Source: Vulcanimicrobiota bacterium
GTDB lineage: Bacteria > Vulcanimicrobiota > Vulcanimicrobiia > Vulcanimicrobiales > Vulcanimicrobiaceae
Length of the DNA: 64,000 bases
NCBI GenBank assembly: GCA_963812155.1
Contig: CAWETW010000002.1
Location: forward strand, 64,001 to 128,000
Direction: 5' to 3'
Positions 1 to 8,650 of the stretch are shown here, one piece after another (position 1 is the stretch's first letter; every line of letters begins with the position of its first letter). Under the pieces are notes generated by a model. It was not told the origin of the DNA. It searched no databases and was given only the letters and a program-made list of their open reading frames with translations. The position numbers were made by a program, and so were the translations under genes.

Positions 1-1342
1 ACGCCGGACCGTAGGCGGTAAAATCCCGTCCGTCGTTGGCCGCACCGGTCAAGCCCAGCGGTTCTTCGGCCGGCAGCCAGAGCACGCGACCGGGTCCGTT
101 CGAGGCGGCGATGCGCATGTCGGCGAGCGCGTCGGCAACGTAGACGGGAGGAACGATCAGCGCGCGCAGCTCCGTTCCGCTCAACGCCGGCGCCGCGCTC
201 ACCGCTATCAAAGCCAGAACGCCGAAGGCGAATGCCGGCGGCAGCCGCTGCAAGCCGGCTCCCACCGCTAGCGCGATGCCCACGGCCGTGATTGCAGCGA
301 AGTAGTGCAAATCGCGGAAGGCCGCGGCGTAGGAAATGCGTTCGAACGCCCACGCAAGCACGGGGCTCAGCGGTCCGTAAAGTCCGGCGGTGAGGACGGC
401 GCCGGTAACGATGAGCGCGATTGCGGCACCGCCCGAGCGCCGTCCCGCAAACAGCGCCAGCGCAACGGCGACGGCCAGCAGCACGTACAGCGCGAGCACG
501 ACGCCCGCCGGCGCGTACGTCTCGTAATAGTGCGTGAAGTAGCCGAGCATCACCGGAGCGAGTCCGGCCGGCGCGCTGTTGTTATACTCGAAACTCAGCA
601 GTGCCGGCTGCGAGGCGTAGATCGCCGCAGCCGACCCGAATGCCAGCGGCAGCAGCGCTTGGAGCTGCACGGCGATCGAGATGCCGGCGGCCGCGCACAG
701 CCGGCGTCCCCATCCCGGAACTCGTGCCGTGACGAACGGCAACGGCGCGATCGCAAACCACGCGATCGCCAGAAACTGAATCTGCGACGCCGCGACGCCG
801 AGGCAAACGCCGAGCAGCACGGCGCGCATCGCGTCGGGCCGTTCGACGACGCGTCGCGCGAGGGCAACGATTAGCGGAAGCAGCGCGTAACCGAGCAGAT
901 ACGCGAGATGTCCGGCAGCAATGCGCGTGAAGACGACCGGACCGAACGCATAGAAGAACGCCGCGGTGAATCGTGCCGGCCATGATGTGACCCCGAAGCC
1001 GGAGAGCATGGCCACGCAGCCGGCCGCGGCAAGAAACTCGATCAGCGCGATCCACAGCGCCAGCCCGTTGGCGACGCCGCAGAGTGCGACGAGCGCAAAC
1101 TGCGCGGCGACCGCATACGTTTGCCACGGCAACAAGTTGGCGTGCGCAGTCGAGCGTCCGTCCCAAAGTCCAACGAAGGTCTTGAACCACTCGAACGCCA
1201 GCGGACGCGCGAGCGGCCACGCCCAATCTTGCTGGAATGCAGGAACGCTGTGCGACGCCACGATCGGCCACACCGAAACGGCGCAAGCCAGCGCCAGCGT
1301 GCCGTACGTCAGCAGCGCCGCGCGGCGTTCGCGCGGGATCAC
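1..1342 (-). CDS. Polytopic membrane protein, probable GT-C-type glycosyltransferase (AftD/Rv0226c-like); 3' end runs off the window; not in the ORF track
   Basis: GTG at 1342 overlaps the TGA of the upstream gene (GTGA). Translation of both ends gives MIPRERRAALLTYGTLALACAVSVWPIVASHSVPAFQQDWAWPL... and ...GRVLWLPAEEP...FTAYGPA in the same frame. Many hydrophobic segments. Shares the LWLP motif with 1339..3960. Confidence 0.6.
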   Translation of the reverse strand, partial: MIPRERRAALLTYGTLALACAVSVWPIVASHSVPAFQQDWAWPLARPLAFEWFKTFVGLWDGRSTAHANLLPWQTYAVAAQFALVALCGVANGLALWIALIEFLAAAGCVAMLSGFGVTSWPARFTAAFFYAFGPVVFTRIAAGHLAYLLGYALLPLIVALARRVVERPDAMRAVLLGVCLGVAASQIQFLAIAWFAIAPLPFVTARVPGWGRRLCAAAGISIAVQLQALLPLAFGSAAAIYASQPALLSFEYNNSAPAGLAPVMLGYFTHYYETYAPAGVVLALYVLLAVAVALALFAGRRSGGAAIALIVTGAVLTAGLYGPLSPVLAWAFERISYAAAFRDLHYFAAITAVGIALAVGAGLQRLPPAFAFGVLALIAVSAAPALSGTELRALIVPPVYVADALADMRIAASNGPGRVLWLPAEEPLGLTGAANDGRDFTAYGPA

Positions 1343-3960
1343 GCCGGCGACTGGACGCGCCCGGCACGCAGCGACGTGCGCGCCAATGCCGAACGCACGG
1401 CTAAGCCCAGCGCCAGCAGCAGGCACGCAATCGTCAGCACCATTCCTCCGGCATAAGCGATGAGCGTGAGATTCACGATGCGAAACGTGACCGGTCCCGA
1501 ACCGTTGACGATCCAGCCGTTGGCGAAGCCGTCGATCTGCACGTGACCGAGGATCGCCGCCGTTCCCCTAACGCGCTGCAAGCGCCAAATCGGCGCGAAC
1601 GATTGCCGGAAGACGACGGTGCAGCGGCCGCTCAGCGTCGCCTCCACGGTGTACGCCAGCGGATTCTGCTCGCTCCACGTAACGCGCGAGGCCGAGCACG
1701 TTCGAGGCGGAAGGATTGGCGGCGCAGCGTTTGGCGCGGCCCACCGCAGCGTCGCACCGCGCAGCGTCGCCATGGCGTACGGGGGAACGTGTACGGTCAG
1801 GTGTGCGGAACGGACTCCGACCGGCACCTCTTGCGCCGGCAACTGCGGATCGACCCAAATCGCGCCGTGCCGGCCGCGCAAAAAGTCGAGTTGAATCTGG
1901 GCGGCCCCCAGCGGCTGCGCGTCGAGAACCGCTTGCAAGGCCGCGACGCGAGCGAGTTTCGGCAATGGCAGCGAGAAGCAGCGTGGCTGGAGGTAGGTTT
2001 GCACGAAGAGCGATGCGCCGGTAATCTGCGGGTGACGGCGCTGATGCGCGCAGTCGCGGAACTCGGATACCGGAACCGTACGCTGTGAAATCACCGGCGC
2101 CGGAGCCTGCGGCAACCGCACGTCGCCGAAGGACGTGCCCGGCGCGAGATCGGCCGCAACCGGCGTATACGCGGCGCTCGGCTCAAGGACCGCGCGCCAC
2201 ATAAAGTTTTCATAACCGCCGGCGTCCACCGGTTCGTCGTAGACGCCGATCTCCGGTTGCGGCGGGCGCGTCGTTGCCGTTACGAGACGAACGTTCACGT
2301 CGACGTTATCGCTGCGCGCCGCAATGAATCCCGAACGTTGCAAGAGCGCGAGCGTTTCCAGCGACGCCGTCACCTCGGGATCGGGCCACTGCAGGCTCGG
2401 ACTATACGAGTCGGCGGCAATCGCGATCGTGCCGACACCCATGATCGGCGCGAGTGCGCGAGCCGTTTTCGGCTGCACGCTGAGAAACGCATCCGACAAA
2501 CGCGCCTGCACCCGCAGCGTGCCGGGCGCGACCGATTCGGCCATCGCCGGTCCGAGCGCGTCCGACGGCGAGTTGAGCGAGGTAAATCCGTTGATGGTGT
2601 AGGGCGACCAGCGATACTGTACGCCGCGATCGGGCGGCAGCCAGAGCGTATTACCTTGCACGTGCGATTGCGAGAACGTGCGGTACTGGCGCGGCTGACC
2701 CGTTTGCGGCATCCCCGACGCACCCCCCGAGACCGGCAGGAACGGTACGATTCCGCTCAAGGCTAAGATCCACACCGCAATACGGCAGGCGCCGCCATAC
2801 GCGCGAACCGCGACTCGCAGCGCGGCGGCCAGCATGACGAACGCACCGAAAATGTAGAGCGGCGAGAAGTAATCCGGCTCGACGAACGAGCGCATTCCGG
2901 GGACGGCGAAGTGGAACCACGTATAGGCCGCCGGCGCGACGACGATGCCGTCGACCAGCCACAGCCCGAACAGCGCGAAGAACAAGCCCAGGTAGAACGG
3001 CGACCGCAACGCGGGACGACGCGCCAAGAGCACCAGTCCCAACAGCAGCAGCGGCAGAATCGCGCATCCGAGTGCGACGAGGAACGGCTGGCGCGCGATC
3101 GACGTATAATAAAAGCTCTGCAGCCGCAACGTGTTGAAGATGCCGATGTTGGTCGCGTAATGAAGAAACGTGCCGATCGTGAACCGCTGGTTGACCAATG
3201 CGATGTTTCCGCCGGCATTGAATCGCAGATCCGCGACCATCGAAAAGATGTAGAATGCGTTCGCGGCGACGACGGCAGCGGCCAACCCCAGCAACGGTTC
3301 GATCGCGCGAGCGCCACGCAGAAGAACCTCCCGCACCGCAATGACGAGACAGATGACGACCGCCAAGTAACTGACCTGAAGCGCGGGGATGACGAGCAGC
3401 AGCGAGCAGGCAAAGTAGAGCGCGGTCGCCATAGTTGGGCGGCGCAGATACTTCAAGAACAGAAACACGACCAGCGGAAGTGCCTGATACGAGAGGTACA
3501 TGAGGCCCTGGGCGATACGGTCGTACGACCACAGGTTCAACGCGTAGAAAATCGCGAGGGGAACGGAATAGACGCCGGCACCTAGCCGTCTTGCCAGCGC
3601 GTACGCACCCAGCAATCCCAGCACGGTCATCGATGAATACCAGATCCACTGCGCGACCTGCAGGTTGTGGAAGACGGCGATCAAGAGGTTGATGCCGAGG
3701 TGGTAGACCAGCCGCGGCACGCCGATGAACGTATTGTCGGCACCGGCCGAAGCGGCACCGCTCCACGGCAACATGTAATCGGCCCAAAACGGATTGAGCG
3801 GAAAGTTTGCGTCGCCGTATTCGTACAAGCCGCGCGAGTCGAGCAACGGAAAGAAGACCGCGAACGGCAGAAGCGCCAGCAGAGCGGGGCGGTCGTAGAC
3901 GAAGCGCACTGCGACCGTCAACCACTGATAGAGGCGGGTGCCGGGGCGGCGAACGCTCAT
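1339..3960 (-). CDS. Large membrane protein (873 aa), probable GT-C-type glycosyltransferase with a large extracytoplasmic C-terminal region
   Basis: Start re-set to ATG 3960 (MSVRRPG; ATGA overlap with the upstream GT4 stop). About 12 N-terminal hydrophobic segments, Asp in the first loop (YGDANFP), YALNLWSYDRI, NTLWLP, and a C-terminal VFRQSFAPIW...GFANGW motif plus terminal TM helix, as in AftD/YfhO-like proteins. Confidence 0.6.
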   Translation of the reverse strand: MSVRRPGTRLYQWLTVAVRFVYDRPALLALLPFAVFFPLLDSRGLYEYGDANFPLNPFWADYMLPWSGAASAGADNTFIGVPRLVYHLGINLLIAVFHNLQVAQWIWYSSMTVLGLLGAYALARRLGAGVYSVPLAIFYALNLWSYDRIAQGLMYLSYQALPLVVFLFLKYLRRPTMATALYFACSLLLVIPALQVSYLAVVICLVIAVREVLLRGARAIEPLLGLAAAVVAANAFYIFSMVADLRFNAGGNIALVNQRFTIGTFLHYATNIGIFNTLRLQSFYYTSIARQPFLVALGCAILPLLLLGLVLLARRPALRSPFYLGLFFALFGLWLVDGIVVAPAAYTWFHFAVPGMRSFVEPDYFSPLYIFGAFVMLAAALRVAVRAYGGACRIAVWILALSGIVPFLPVSGGASGMPQTGQPRQYRTFSQSHVQGNTLWLPPDRGVQYRWSPYTINGFTSLNSPSDALGPAMAESVAPGTLRVQARLSDAFLSVQPKTARALAPIMGVGTIAIAADSYSPSLQWPDPEVTASLETLALLQRSGFIAARSDNVDVNVRLVTATTRPPQPEIGVYDEPVDAGGYENFMWRAVLEPSAAYTPVAADLAPGTSFGDVRLPQAPAPVISQRTVPVSEFRDCAHQRRHPQITGASLFVQTYLQPRCFSLPLPKLARVAALQAVLDAQPLGAAQIQLDFLRGRHGAIWVDPQLPAQEVPVGVRSAHLTVHVPPYAMATLRGATLRWAAPNAAPPILPPRTCSASRVTWSEQNPLAYTVEATLSGRCTVVFRQSFAPIWRLQRVRGTAAILGHVQIDGFANGWIVNGSGPVTFRIVNLTLIAYAGGMVLTIACLLLALGLAVRSALARTSLRAGRVQSPA

Positions 3961-5204
3961 CGGCCACGGCCGAGCGCGACCGCGGGAAGCGGATCGCCGG
4001 AGCGGTCGACGGGCGTGGCGCGGCCGGTGCGCACGTCCTGGATCATACGCGCGATGACGCTGCGATCGCGCATGCGCGCGACGGCCTCGACGCGATCTTC
4101 CACCTCGCGCCGATGGACGTTGAAAAAATCGACGATGGCGCGCGCGCAGTCGCCGGCATCGGGCGCGAAGGTCTGGCACTCGAGCGCGCCTTCGAAGCGC
4201 ACCAGCGTCGAAACGAGGACCGGCTTGCGCGCGGCCAGCACCGCGTTGAGCGCACCGCTTGCACCGTACGCTGCGGTGTAGGGCAGGACGACGACGTCGG
4301 CGGCGGCCAGGAAGTCGGCAAGCTGCGGCTCGGGAACGAAATCGTACATGTGCGCGCCTTCTTCACGGGCCCGCGCGCGCAACGCCGCGTAGAACGCTTC
4401 GTAGCGCGGATTTCCGCGCAGGCGCGGATGGCGCCCGGCGACGACGTGAAGCGCCAAATCGGGGAGCCTGCGGCGCGCCTTTGCGAACGCGTCCATCAGC
4501 AGTTCCAATCCTTTGTAGTAGGAGGCATATCCGAAAAACAGCGCCACCTTGCCGTCGCCGATCCCGCAGCGGCGGCGTGCCTGCTCGGAGCCGGGTCGCG
4601 CGTGCTCGTGCATGAGCGGATGCGGACACACGTACACCTTGCTCGCTGGAACGCCGTAATCCGACTCGAGGATGCCGGCGAGTTCGACCTCCAGCACGAT
4701 GATGCGGTCCGCTGCCCAATCGAACAGCCGGTAGATCGTGGAGAACCCCGCGCGGCCGATGCGGGAATAGGGTAGAACGAACCCGTTCTCGCGCAGCATC
4801 TCGCGCGTTACCACGCGCTGAGATACGACGCCGTGCAGCGTCGTGACGATCTGCGTGCCGCGCAGGCGCAAGAGTTTCAGAACGAACGGCAGCAACAACG
4901 CCGCGACGACGCCGCCGTAGAGATAGACGTCGTACTCGAGATGGAGCACGTCGACCGGCTCGCGCAGCACCGCAGCCAGTATTTGAAACGCCGACAGGTA
5001 GCCGAACTTCCAGCAACGCCGCACCGTAACGTTCGGCGCATAGGGCTGAGCCGTTCCGAGCGGGCAATCCGGTTCGGCATCGGCGAAGATTATGAATTCG
5101 TCCGGTCCCCCGCGCAGCGGGTCGAGAATCGTCTGCGAGTAGTACGCAATCGAACTTTTGGCGGCGTCGCCGCCTGGGAACGACGTCACGATTCCGATCT
5201 TCAT
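3957..5204 (-). CDS. Glycosyltransferase family 4
   Basis: Start MKIGIVTSFPG (ATG 5204, ATGA overlap). FFGYASYYKGLELL and ADVVVLPY...SGAL GT-B motifs. Confidence 0.88.
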   Translation of the reverse strand: MKIGIVTSFPGGDAAKSSIAYYSQTILDPLRGGPDEFIIFADAEPDCPLGTAQPYAPNVTVRRCWKFGYLSAFQILAAVLREPVDVLHLEYDVYLYGGVVAALLLPFVLKLLRLRGTQIVTTLHGVVSQRVVTREMLRENGFVLPYSRIGRAGFSTIYRLFDWAADRIIVLEVELAGILESDYGVPASKVYVCPHPLMHEHARPGSEQARRRCGIGDGKVALFFGYASYYKGLELLMDAFAKARRRLPDLALHVVAGRHPRLRGNPRYEAFYAALRARAREEGAHMYDFVPEPQLADFLAAADVVVLPYTAAYGASGALNAVLAARKPVLVSTLVRFEGALECQTFAPDAGDCARAIVDFFNVHRREVEDRVEAVARMRDRSVIARMIQDVRTGRATPVDRSGDPLPAVALGRGR

Positions 5205-6175
5205 CGGAGTTCCTTCAAGGATTTGGTACTGCCCGCAACCGCCCACGCACCCTGCTGCGTACGAGACGTCGGCGACTGCACCGCTTTGGCGGCAAGCATC
5301 GTCAGAAATGCCGCCGCTCCGACCGGATCGCAAAGCGCCTGCTGGGCGAACGTGCGGGCCAAGTCGACCGGCTGCGGGTCGTACCAGCGCTCCAGCATTT
5401 CCGGAGGCCAGCGCTCGCGCAACAGGGCGCGCCCTTCGGTAAAACGATTCGACTGCCGCAAATAGTCGTCGAGCGTATCCGGCGTGCGATATTCCAGCAC
5501 CGCCCCGGAGAGATAGGCGTGCGAGAAACCCTGCGCGATGCACACCAGCATGAAGTGCGCGTCCTCGGTATGGCGCGGCACGTTACTGCCCAGAATCGCC
5601 TCGACGAGTCGGCGCGACATTCCGATCAGACGCCCGTTGCTGCAGAGCGCCGGATAGCGCGCGACCGCCTGCGCGCGCAACCGCTCGTGCCGGCGCGCGC
5701 TAAAGATCGCACCGCGCTCCCAAAAGGTGCGCGGATGCGGCAACGCAACGGCGTTTGCGAGCACGAGATCGCTTCGCTCCAGTTCGTCCAGCACGTTCGC
5801 CAGCGTTGCCGGCGGCAGGGCGACGTCGCAATCGATCAACAGCACGCGTTCGACGGCGGAGTCGAGTTCGCGCATCGCGGCGAGCAGCGACGACACCTTA
5901 CCGACGCGCTCGGGATTTCGCCGCACGCGTATTTGCGGGGCGAATTGCGTCAGCGAATCGAGCGCGGCGGCGCTATCGTCCGTGCTTCCGTCGTCGATGA
6001 AAACGGCCTGAAGATTCGGCACCGCCCGTATCGCTGCGCAGAGCTCGACCGGATTACGGCCTTCGTTGTAGCATGGAATCAGCGCGACGCCGGCCGTCTT
6101 CGGGAGAGCGTCAGGCATTATACCGCCGTTTAACGCAGCGGCAACGGGTTCCTTGGCAGCTAATGAAGTCTTCAT
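5201..6175 (-). CDS. Glycosyltransferase family 2 (alternative start ATG 6118)
   Basis: IPCYNE, DDGSTD, DCD (DxD), TED and RQSNRF (QxxRW-like) motifs. Confidence 0.85.
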   Translation of the reverse strand: MKTSLAAKEPVAAALNGGIMPDALPKTAGVALIPCYNEGRNPVELCAAIRAVPNLQAVFIDDGSTDDSAAALDSLTQFAPQIRVRRNPERVGKVSSLLAAMRELDSAVERVLLIDCDVALPPATLANVLDELERSDLVLANAVALPHPRTFWERGAIFSARRHERLRAQAVARYPALCSNGRLIGMSRRLVEAILGSNVPRHTEDAHFMLVCIAQGFSHAYLSGAVLEYRTPDTLDDYLRQSNRFTEGRALLRERWPPEMLERWYDPQPVDLARTFAQQALCDPVGAAAFLTMLAAKAVQSPTSRTQQGAWAVAGSTKSLKELR

Positions 6176-6191
6176 TCGACAATTACGACAG

Positions 6192-7961
6192 TTAACGGCG
6201 GTACGACGCGACGCCGATCCGCTCGAGCAACGGCAGTTCGGCCGCTGCGGCGCGCGCCGCCGCTACGTCGAAACGGTAGATCAGCAGCGGATTGTGCGCG
6301 AGCAGCGAGCACGGACGTTCGCCGACCCTCTCTACCGGCCGGTACGGGCGCAACAACGCGGAGACGTCGAACTCGCGCGTGACGCGCGCGGTCTGCTGAT
6401 CGATCGCGCGCAAATCGACGTTTTCAAATTTCGACGGCAGTGCGTCCGCCGGCACCGTACGCCCGCGAACGGTTACGATCTCGGGCGAGTACAGCGTATA
6501 CCCGAGCGATGCGGTCGCAAAACGTGCCGCGTATGTGTTGGCCGCAAAGACGACGACGTCTTCGGCCGAGTACGTCAGCGAACATCCGTCGCCGGAATGC
6601 GCGATCGCGGGCGCCACAGCAAAGGTGTTGACGTCGCGCTCTTCGGCCGCGTACGCGCCGTTCGGGCCGCGCAGCGCTGCAGCCGATGCCGTTTCGACGG
6701 CGATCGTTCCGGTAAAGGCGACGAACGTTAGTGCGGCGGCGACCCGGGCCGTGCGCCCGCACGCTTGCGCGAACCATCCGCCGAACGCCTCCCGCCGGTA
6801 CGCTGCGACGACGATGAGCAGCGCGCAGCACAGCGCTGCAGCCGCGAGCGCGGGCGACGGCGCGACGCATTGCAAGATATGCGCCCGCGGTACGACGCCG
6901 AAGTTCAAGAGAAAGTACTCGTCGCTCCCTTCTTGGCAAAACTGCATTAGCGTACCGGCGCAGGAAAGCGCGAGCCCGGCCAGGCTCACGATGCCGTCAC
7001 CCGCAACGGCGGCATAGAGCACCAGCGGCCCGGCAATCCACAAGTAGAACGGAGGATGCGCGCCCGGATTGAGCAGCACCATCGCGAGCGCCGATAGCAT
7101 CGCCGCGCGCGCAACGTCGCGGCGCCCGGGAACGTGCCGCAGTTCCGCCGCGGCGAGAATCACGGGTATTGCAACCGCGACGATCTGTTCGATCACCGGC
7201 AGCGCGGGGAAGGTGAGATGGTGCGGGACGAGCGTCCACAGCGACGCCGTCGACACGCCGCCGCCCGCCGCACCGAAACTGTTGTTGCGGTACGCCGCGA
7301 AGACCGACGCAGCGCGTCCCCACAACACCGGCAGGAGCGTGAGCGTTGCCGCGCCGGCAAACGCCGCCGCCGCACGCAAAGCGCGCGCGAGCGACGCGTT
7401 GCGATATGCCGCCACGAGCAGCAGCGGCACGAACGCCGCCGGATAGAACTTCGTTCCGGCTCCAAGCCCGAGCGCCAATCCCGCAAGTTCGTAACGGCCG
7501 GCGAGCATCGCCGCAATGCCGCCCACGGCGAAGACGTTCGGCAACGCGTCGTTCTGCCCGTGAAACACGGTCACGAAAACGACGGCGGGGTCGAGGAGAT
7601 ATCGCAGCGCCCACGCGTCGGCGTCGGCGCGGCTCGTCGCGCTCGCGCGGACGATCGCGGCGGTCGCGACGTCGGCGAGCCACGCCGGCAGTTTCAGCAG
7701 CGCAATGCGCAGTGGAAGTGCGCCCCACAGCGAGGGGACGAACAGCACCGGTAGCTGCGACGACAGCAAAGCGGCCAGCGAAATCGCCCCAAACGGCCAC
7801 AGCGCCGCCGGCGGGACGCGCGCGAAGTACACGCGCTCGGCGTGCGAGAGAAAAGCGGTGACGTCGTAAACGTGGGCGGTCCAGGGAAGCAGCGCGGCTT
7901 CGACGAGGAGCACCGCCGCGAATGTCCCTACGTGCCAGCGCTCTTTCAGAGCGGCGCCCAC
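6192..7961 (-). CDS. GT87/DUF2029-like membrane glycosyltransferase (GT-C) with a C-terminal soluble domain
   Basis: AHVYDV, LKLPAWLADV, LLDPAVVFVTVFHGQNDAL and GTKFYPA motifs typical of PIG-M/GT87-like enzymes. Start at GTG 7961 or CTG 7949; the track extension to 8567 overlaps another gene. Confidence 0.72.
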   Translation of the reverse strand: MGAALKERWHVGTFAAVLLVEAALLPWTAHVYDVTAFLSHAERVYFARVPPAALWPFGAISLAALLSSQLPVLFVPSLWGALPLRIALLKLPAWLADVATAAIVRASATSRADADAWALRYLLDPAVVFVTVFHGQNDALPNVFAVGGIAAMLAGRYELAGLALGLGAGTKFYPAAFVPLLLVAAYRNASLARALRAAAAFAGAATLTLLPVLWGRAASVFAAYRNNSFGAAGGGVSTASLWTLVPHHLTFPALPVIEQIVAVAIPVILAAAELRHVPGRRDVARAAMLSALAMVLLNPGAHPPFYLWIAGPLVLYAAVAGDGIVSLAGLALSCAGTLMQFCQEGSDEYFLLNFGVVPRAHILQCVAPSPALAAAALCCALLIVVAAYRREAFGGWFAQACGRTARVAAALTFVAFTGTIAVETASAAALRGPNGAYAAEERDVNTFAVAPAIAHSGDGCSLTYSAEDVVVFAANTYAARFATASLGYTLYSPEIVTVRGRTVPADALPSKFENVDLRAIDQQTARVTREFDVSALLRPYRPVERVGERPCSLLAHNPLLIYRFDVAAARAAAAELPLLERIGVASYRR

Positions 7962-8629
7962 TGGCCGCCGGCCAGCGTCACGACGCCGGGATAGCGCACG
8001 TTGCCGAACGTGCAGTTCGCGCACCGCAGCGAGCCGTCGACCGACGCGGACGACAACTGCGTGCCGCCGACATTGGTACCGCGCCACGTGCCGCCCCGCA
8101 AATCGGCACCGGAGAAATCGACGTTTGTGAGGTTCATCGCTTGCCCGACGAAAGGCGCCGCGTCGCGCACGTCGGCGTGCGTGAGATCGACGGGATCCTT
8201 CGCGTAGTTCGGACGCAACGCCAGCAGCAGCCACCCCAAACGCGCGGTCGCACGCACCACGTCGCGTCCGCGCGGCGACTGGTCCGTGCGCGCCGCGACG
8301 TTGTATTGACGCACCCACTTGATCGCCCCGGACCAGTCGACCGTCGCCAAATCGACCGCTGCGGCGTCCAGCAACCGCTCTGAAACGGCCGCTTCGGAAA
8401 GGACCTGGACGACGCTCGATTCGACGGCGGCATTCGGCGGGGTCTTGACGAGTGCAACGCGCAACGGTTCCCACGTGCGTTGCGACGGCTGAGATTGAAA
8501 CGCACCCAAGTCGCCGACGAACCCCTTCGTGTCGAAAGGCGCGCCGTCGCGAACCGTCCGGCCGCACCCCGCAACAACGAGCGAGACCGCAAGCGCGATC
8601 GCCGGGAATCGATGCAACGAGTTCCTCAT
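7946..8629 (-). CDS. Lipoprotein with C-terminal pentapeptide repeats
   Basis: Signal peptide with lipobox VAGC. Repeats NLTNV-DFSGA-DLRGG-TWRGT-NVGGT-QLSSA. Confidence 0.75.
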   Translation of the reverse strand: MRNSLHRFPAIALAVSLVVAGCGRTVRDGAPFDTKGFVGDLGAFQSQPSQRTWEPLRVALVKTPPNAAVESSVVQVLSEAAVSERLLDAAAVDLATVDWSGAIKWVRQYNVAARTDQSPRGRDVVRATARLGWLLLALRPNYAKDPVDLTHADVRDAAPFVGQAMNLTNVDFSGADLRGGTWRGTNVGGTQLSSASVDGSLRCANCTFGNVRYPGVVTLAGGQWAPL

Positions 8630-8650
8630 TTGCGGCAGCGTGTCGCTACG

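Noticed and set aside
6117..6144. TTGCCG-16-TATAAT promoter-like sequence on the minus strand
   Set aside because: The -10 overlaps the likely ATG (6118), leaving no canonical start downstream before the first GT2 motif. It cannot be resolved from sequence alone.
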